Of a stretch of DNA of 56,363 bases, positions 52,212-56,363 are shown in pieces. A model generated the notes under the pieces. That model was given only the letters and a program-made list of their open reading frames with translations, was not told the DNA's origin and did not search any database. The stretch is taken from NCBI GenBank assembly GCA_963575745.1, contig CAUYUJ010000094.1:62001-118363 (forward strand), read 5' to 3'. The translations under genes and the position numbers were made by a program. Origin of the DNA: Prorocentrum cordatum. Its lineage: Eukaryota. Every line of letters starts with the position of its first letter. Within the stretch, counting starts at the first letter, position 1.

Positions 52212-53680
52212 CCCTTCTCCTGTTCCTCCTCCTCATTTTCGCCGCGATATCCTGGAACTGCTTTGCGCCTCTGGGCGCCCACTCCGGGTGAATCGTGACG
52301 GTGAAGCTGCTCTGATCATCTCCGTCGCGGCCAGAAAGGACAACCGAGGAGGAGCACCAGAAGCAGGCGAGGGAGAACACACCAGGACGGGGGAGGCGAA
52401 TGATAAGGAGGTGGAGCAGGAGGAGCAGGAGCAGGTGGGCGAGGGTAAGGATGACCACCAGGACAAGGAAGAAGGGAGAGTGACGACGACGAGGAGCACG
52501 TGCAGTGCGAAGGCAAAGACGAGAGCACTAGCATGGGGGAAACAGGTCCTGAAGGACACGGGTCCTTGATCCAGGCGCCTTCGCCCAGGACCAATTCCTC
52601 ATCCTGCGCCGTTTGCTGACATTCCCGGGGCCCGTGGAAGGCCCTGAGAGCCCGCAAGCGGCGAAACACCTGAGGACCCGTTTCCTTCGATCAGGACCCG
52701 TTCCCAGACCCCCGACGTCATCATTTTGTTCACGGCGTCGACCCCCAGAAGTCGGGGATCTTCTGACCTGGGTCAATCCAGACCCGGGTCAGCAGGAAAC
52801 CAAAAACTGCAATGCAGGAACAAACAACTGCAACGCAAGTCTTCGCAAACCCGGGTCAGCCAATATGCGCGGCCGCCTCGCGGCCTCGAGCGGCTCGCTA
52901 ACCCGGGTCAGCCAGAGGGGGTCTTCGCAGGATCCTGCAGGATCTGGTGCCCTGGCTGACCCCCGTTTGCATTGACTCCCGTCTCGAGGCTCCCGAAGAA
53001 GTCTCGGCGCATGCCCAGGGACTGGTCTTTCGCCCTGAGGCCCGGTGAGGGCCCCTAAAGGCCGAACAGAACGGAAAAAAAACCTCCCGCCGGAATTCGT
53101 GCTCACAGCGCGAAGGGGTCTGGACTTCGGTCGGGCATGTCCCCCTACAGGCAGTTTTTGGAGGAACAATTAAGAATAGACACAACCATTTTCGAAAATG
53201 GTTACAAATATCAGACACGTCGTTCCCATACTATGTTTTGACTCTTAAACGAATCCTCCTTACGAGGGGCATGCCCGACTTAAGTCTGGACCCGCTTCTC
53301 TTTAAGTGACCCAAAAAGGGGTCCAGCTGAAAGGGGGTGGTGCAATAGATTTGGGGCAATTGTATTGCAAACGTATTGCGCCAGAGAATTGTATTGCGTT
53401 GTATTGCGGGAGTACAGCAAGACATTTGCGACCCGTAATGCGTTGCACGCCCCAAAAGTATTGCAACCCCACAACTTTATTGCACCAAATCTACTGCACC
53501 ACCCCCTTGTCGCTGGACCCCCTTGTGGGTCAACCCGCTTCTCCCTGGCGAGGGCAGGCCAGCCGAGAAGGTGGCGTTCCAGGGCTTGGTGGCGTACGCG
53601 TTGCCCTTCGCGTCGACGACGGCGTCGTCGGCGGCGCACGCGCCCAGGAGCACGGCGAGGAGGGCCGCGGATGCGCGCAT
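38684..53680 (-). CDS. Cyclophilin-type peptidyl-prolyl cis-trans isomerase with N-terminal signal peptide; 6 exons: join(53564-53680, 52252-52344, 50972-51073, 48325-48444, 39549-39668, 38684-38806), 224 aa
   Basis: Six in-order, in-frame minus-strand exons give [224 protein letters not shown]. Contains the cyclophilin motifs [26 protein letters not shown] and [13 protein letters not shown]. Confidence 0.93.
39549..39668 (-). CDS. Cyclophilin exon 5
   Basis: [26 protein letters not shown]; ccgag|GAC acceptor; CAG|GA donor. Confidence 0.95.
43228..44012 (+). repeat. Satellite array of about 91-bp units plus a unique terminal segment
   Basis: GGCACACCCCTCACACG..CCCAAATGCCAGCGTTCGCATGCG units, about 8 copies. 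Confidence 0.9.
48325..48444 (-). CDS. Cyclophilin exon 4
   Basis: [26 protein letters not shown]; ctgag|GTC acceptor; AAG|GA donor. Confidence 0.95.
48495..49345 (-). repeat. Satellite array of about 88-bp units, inverted relative of 43228-44012
   Basis: GTGAGGGGTGTGCCGAAATGG..CATGCGAACCCTGCCACTGGGGCCTTCGGTGGAGCTCC units; terminal segment matches 43965-44012 in reverse complement. Confidence 0.9.
49755..49784 (+). other. Tandem relict dinoflagellate spliced-leader (SL) sequences
   Basis: ATTTTGGCTCAAG immediately followed by CCATTTTTCAGCTCAAG; compare DinoSL DCCGTAGCCATTTTGGCTCAAG. Confidence 0.8.
50068..50350 (+). repeat. (CAT)n/(CATCAG)n microsatellite; related (CATCCT)n/(CAT)n tract at 51980-52210
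   Basis: Directly visible. Confidence 0.95.
50972..51073 (-). CDS. Cyclophilin exon 3 (catalytic Arg region)
   Basis: [13 protein letters not shown]; ttccag|GAC acceptor; AAG|GT donor. Confidence 0.95.
52252..52344 (-). CDS. Cyclophilin exon 2
   Basis: [17 protein letters not shown] motif; GA donor (CAG|GATATC). The 5' boundary is inferred from a CTCGG repeat and lacks AG. Confidence 0.85.
53564..53680 (-). CDS. Cyclophilin exon 1 (start codon, signal peptide)
   Basis: ATG at 53680; hydrophobic leader [13 protein letters not shown]; very high GC3; GC donor after TTC TCG. Confidence 0.8.
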
Positions 53681-53685
53681 GACGA

Positions 53686-53843
53686 GATGAGCCTGTTTTC
53701 CACCCCCACCACCACAAGTTGGAGGGGGAGGGGGTCCTCCTCCTCCTCCTCCTCCTCCTCCTCCTCTTCGTCCTCCTCCTCCTCCTTCTCCTCCTCCTTC
53801 CCCCCTCCAACTTATGGTGGTGGTGGTAGACAACAGGCCCATC
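53686..53843. mobile_element. MITE-like family D (TIR GATGGGCC..TTTTCCACCACCACCACCATAAG) with a microsatellite core. Other copies: 32559-32773, 33481-33676, 51082-51242; half copy at about 16990
   Basis: Inverted termini of about 40 bp around (GAG/CTC)n; this copy is flanked by ATGACG(A/G) direct repeats. Confidence 0.8.
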
Positions 53844-54839
53844 ATGACGGGCGGAGGCCGAGCTCCGGGGGTGGCAGGACCCAGCCAGGCATGTACTCGC
53901 CCCGCCCCGAATCCCAGACATCGGGCGTCTCGCAAAAATCGAGGCGGATCTTTTTTCTGAGATTTTGGACCCTGAGGGCCTTCGCCCGGCCTCGGGACCG
54001 TCAAACAACGACCCGGGATGCAAACCTGTCCCGGGGACGTGGTCGGGAGGTCGGGGGCCCTTGTCTCGAAAGAGTCGAGGCGTCGGGAGGTCGGGGCCCG
54101 TATCAGCAGGACGCACGACAAAAGATGCAGGGGGCTTGGAAGGCCATTGCGGAGCTTTCCGGGCGGGGCGGGGCCAACGGAAGTGGTCAAGGATGGGCCG
54201 GGGAGGCAAAGATGCAAAGGGTACCCTCGCGAAGGTTGCCCGGCCTTCCCGTGCGGGTTCAATGTGTTTCGCGCTCGGCCTTGGGCTCCTGGCTTTGGGG
54301 GCTCCCTTTTTTCGGGCGCTCGCTGAGGGGGCCCAGGGACATACAGAGAAATGGAAACACATGGCAGGATTCCCCCCCCCACACACTTCCCCCCCCCCCC
54401 CCACTTTCGATATGTCCCTATGTTTCCTGGGAATCGCCGATCAATTGCGTCTGTGTGCTTGTTCTTCTTCCCCCTACTGAACATGACGCGCTCGACCATG
54501 GACCCCTGGGATTTTTGTTTTTTTCGGGCGCTCGCGAGCATGGATTACGGATCCGTGGCACTGGCGCGTGGGCGCCAGATCCACGGATCGGGGAAATACT
54601 ACCGAAACATGAGTAGAGCCTCCTCAATGGGGTCCACGTAGATGGGGTCGAAGGATCGCGCCGACTCGCCACTGCATCGGCGATGCATCGGAGATGCACC
54701 GCCGACTTATCATCGACTTGGGCGATGCATCGGCGACGACGACATGAAGAACATCGGGCTCCACATCGAGCCGCATCGGCGCTGCATCGGCGGTGCCTCG
54801 GCGATGCGGCGCGATCCTTCGACCCCATGAGCAGGAGGC

Positions 54840-54915
54840 CTGGGAGGGAAACGCTGCCGAAGCAGGAGGCCAAGGCCGCCTGGTTCTTGGCGAGGGAGCG
54901 CGCCGATTCTGCTGC
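54840..54915 (-). CDS. Candidate orphan exon of an upstream gene (AESARSLAKNQAALASCFGSVSLP)
   Basis: Island of non-repetitive, high-GC3 sequence between repeats; boundaries approximate. Confidence 0.3.
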
Positions 54916-56076
54916 ATGGGAGCATGGCCGAAGGGGCCCTGGGACACTTACATAAATGCACACAAATAAGAGGATTCCCCATATTTTCCCCATAGATTCT
55001 GGGTCTTCGTCTTCCCCCCCAGTGCCCATAGTTTCCCATGTTTTCTGGGGAATCGACGATGAATTGTGCCTGTGTGTTTGTCCCTTCCTGAGCATGGCCC
55101 GTCGCAAGTCCACCCGCCTTCATTCATGGTTGGGTTTAGGGCTTCGGGTTATATCTTCGTGGGCTCTAAACGCAAGAATGGCCCTAGGCAAGAATGACCT
55201 TTTGTGCCGGGCTTTGGTGGGGCCGCGCAGGGTCCACATCCAAGCTCGCGGGTCAATGCTGGGGCGATGCCTGTGGGCCCGCACAAGAGGTCATGAAAAC
55301 GACTTTGACGGTCCCCGGCAGTTCCTGGCGGCCCTCTGCGCCGAAGCTGGACGGCTGGTTGCACTTGGAAAGGGAGCCCAAGATCGAGCACCCACGGTCA
55401 AGACTGATAGTGAGGCTGCGCGATAAGGAGGCAAGCCCATGGGACGCCCGTGTTTTGAAGTTTTGTCGAGCGCGGCGGGCCATCGAAAGTAGTCAAGGAT
55501 GGACCAAAGGGGCACGGACGCAAGGGTACCCTTGGGAAGGTTCACTGCTCTTACCATCGGCTTCGACCGTAGTGAGCATATACGGCGGCCTCCAGGGAAC
55601 CCGAATCCTAAAGGCTGCCATCTCTTGAAGGCGCGTCTCTTACTTCCGCCATCCGCCGCCAGCCTTCCGCTGGCGGAGACGGCCTCCGTTCCTCGAAAAA
55701 GAAAGAAAACAAAAACGTAAACTTTTGGCGCTCAGCGTGGATTTCTTGGATCTGTGCCGGACCCCCCTCCCCGGCGCGCGGAGCGCGCCAGGGGCGGCGC
55801 TGGAGGCGCCGCCAGGGGGGGCCGGGCGTGGATCCGAGAAATCTGCGCGGAGCGCGAAAACATTAGGTGTAAGTCGGGCACGTCCCTCTACAGGAGGAAT
55901 ATTCAAAAATTGTCATCAAGATAATAAGGGGACGGTTTGGTTGTATGTTTGTGCCGATTTGGGAATAATTTTGACTATCTTCAACTGTTCGTCCAGAATC
56001 CCTCTGTAGGTGGGCATGCCCGACCTAAATTTATGCTTATGGCGTTATTCCTTCTTCGAGTTCGGGTTGCGCCAGC

Positions 56077-56214
56077 CTCCCGCCGGCTTCCGCCGAGGCC
56101 GAGGCGCCAGCTCCGTGTCGGCCCCATCGAGGGCGCGAGGCCTTCGCAGGCGAGGCGCCCTCGAAGGCGAGGCAGGGTCCTTCCGCCGAGGCGCCCTCGG
56201 AGGCGAGGCCCTTC
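56077..56214 (-). CDS. Candidate orphan exon (KGLASEGASAEGPCLAFEGASPAKAS..)
   Basis: tttcag|G acceptor and GAG|GC donor-like ends; open frame; no recognisable domain. Confidence 0.25.
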
Positions 56215-56363
56215 CTGAAACGGCACTCTCTTCTCTGTCGTGCGGCACCCGACCACGCCGCGGGCGCGCGCATGTGGGCTGCACGCTCCCGAGGGTCCAG
56301 AGGGCCCCAGGGGGGCGAGAGAGGGCCTGGGCGAGGAGGAGGAGGAGGACGAAAAGGAGGAGG

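Overview
GC-rich eukaryotic genomic DNA, most likely from a dinoflagellate. This is inferred from a tandem relict spliced-leader motif, GA/GC/GT splice donors and tiny exons in long repeat-filled introns. Nearly all long ORFs in the supplied track are artefacts of microsatellites ((GAG)n, (CTA)n, (CA)n/(CACG)n, (CAT)n) and minisatellites. The real coding signal is a set of short minus-strand exons. (1) A complete-looking six-exon cyclophilin-type peptidyl-prolyl isomerase with a signal peptide (38684-53680, 224 aa, all introns phase 0). (2) A partial multi-exon gene for a protein with degenerate EF-hand motifs (about 7.6-29.9 kb). (3) A few orphan exon candidates. Almost every intron I could assemble is bounded by a 5-18 bp direct repeat spanning the splice junction. 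Two introns appear to end in CG rather than AG, and many acceptors are preceded by (GAG)n purine tracts rather than pyrimidine tracts. Introns and intergenic DNA are packed with at least eight short TIR-bounded (MITE-like) families, some nested and with visible target-site duplications. One of these sits on, and duplicates, the cyclophilin start codon. All exon joins are read by eye and need transcript confirmation.
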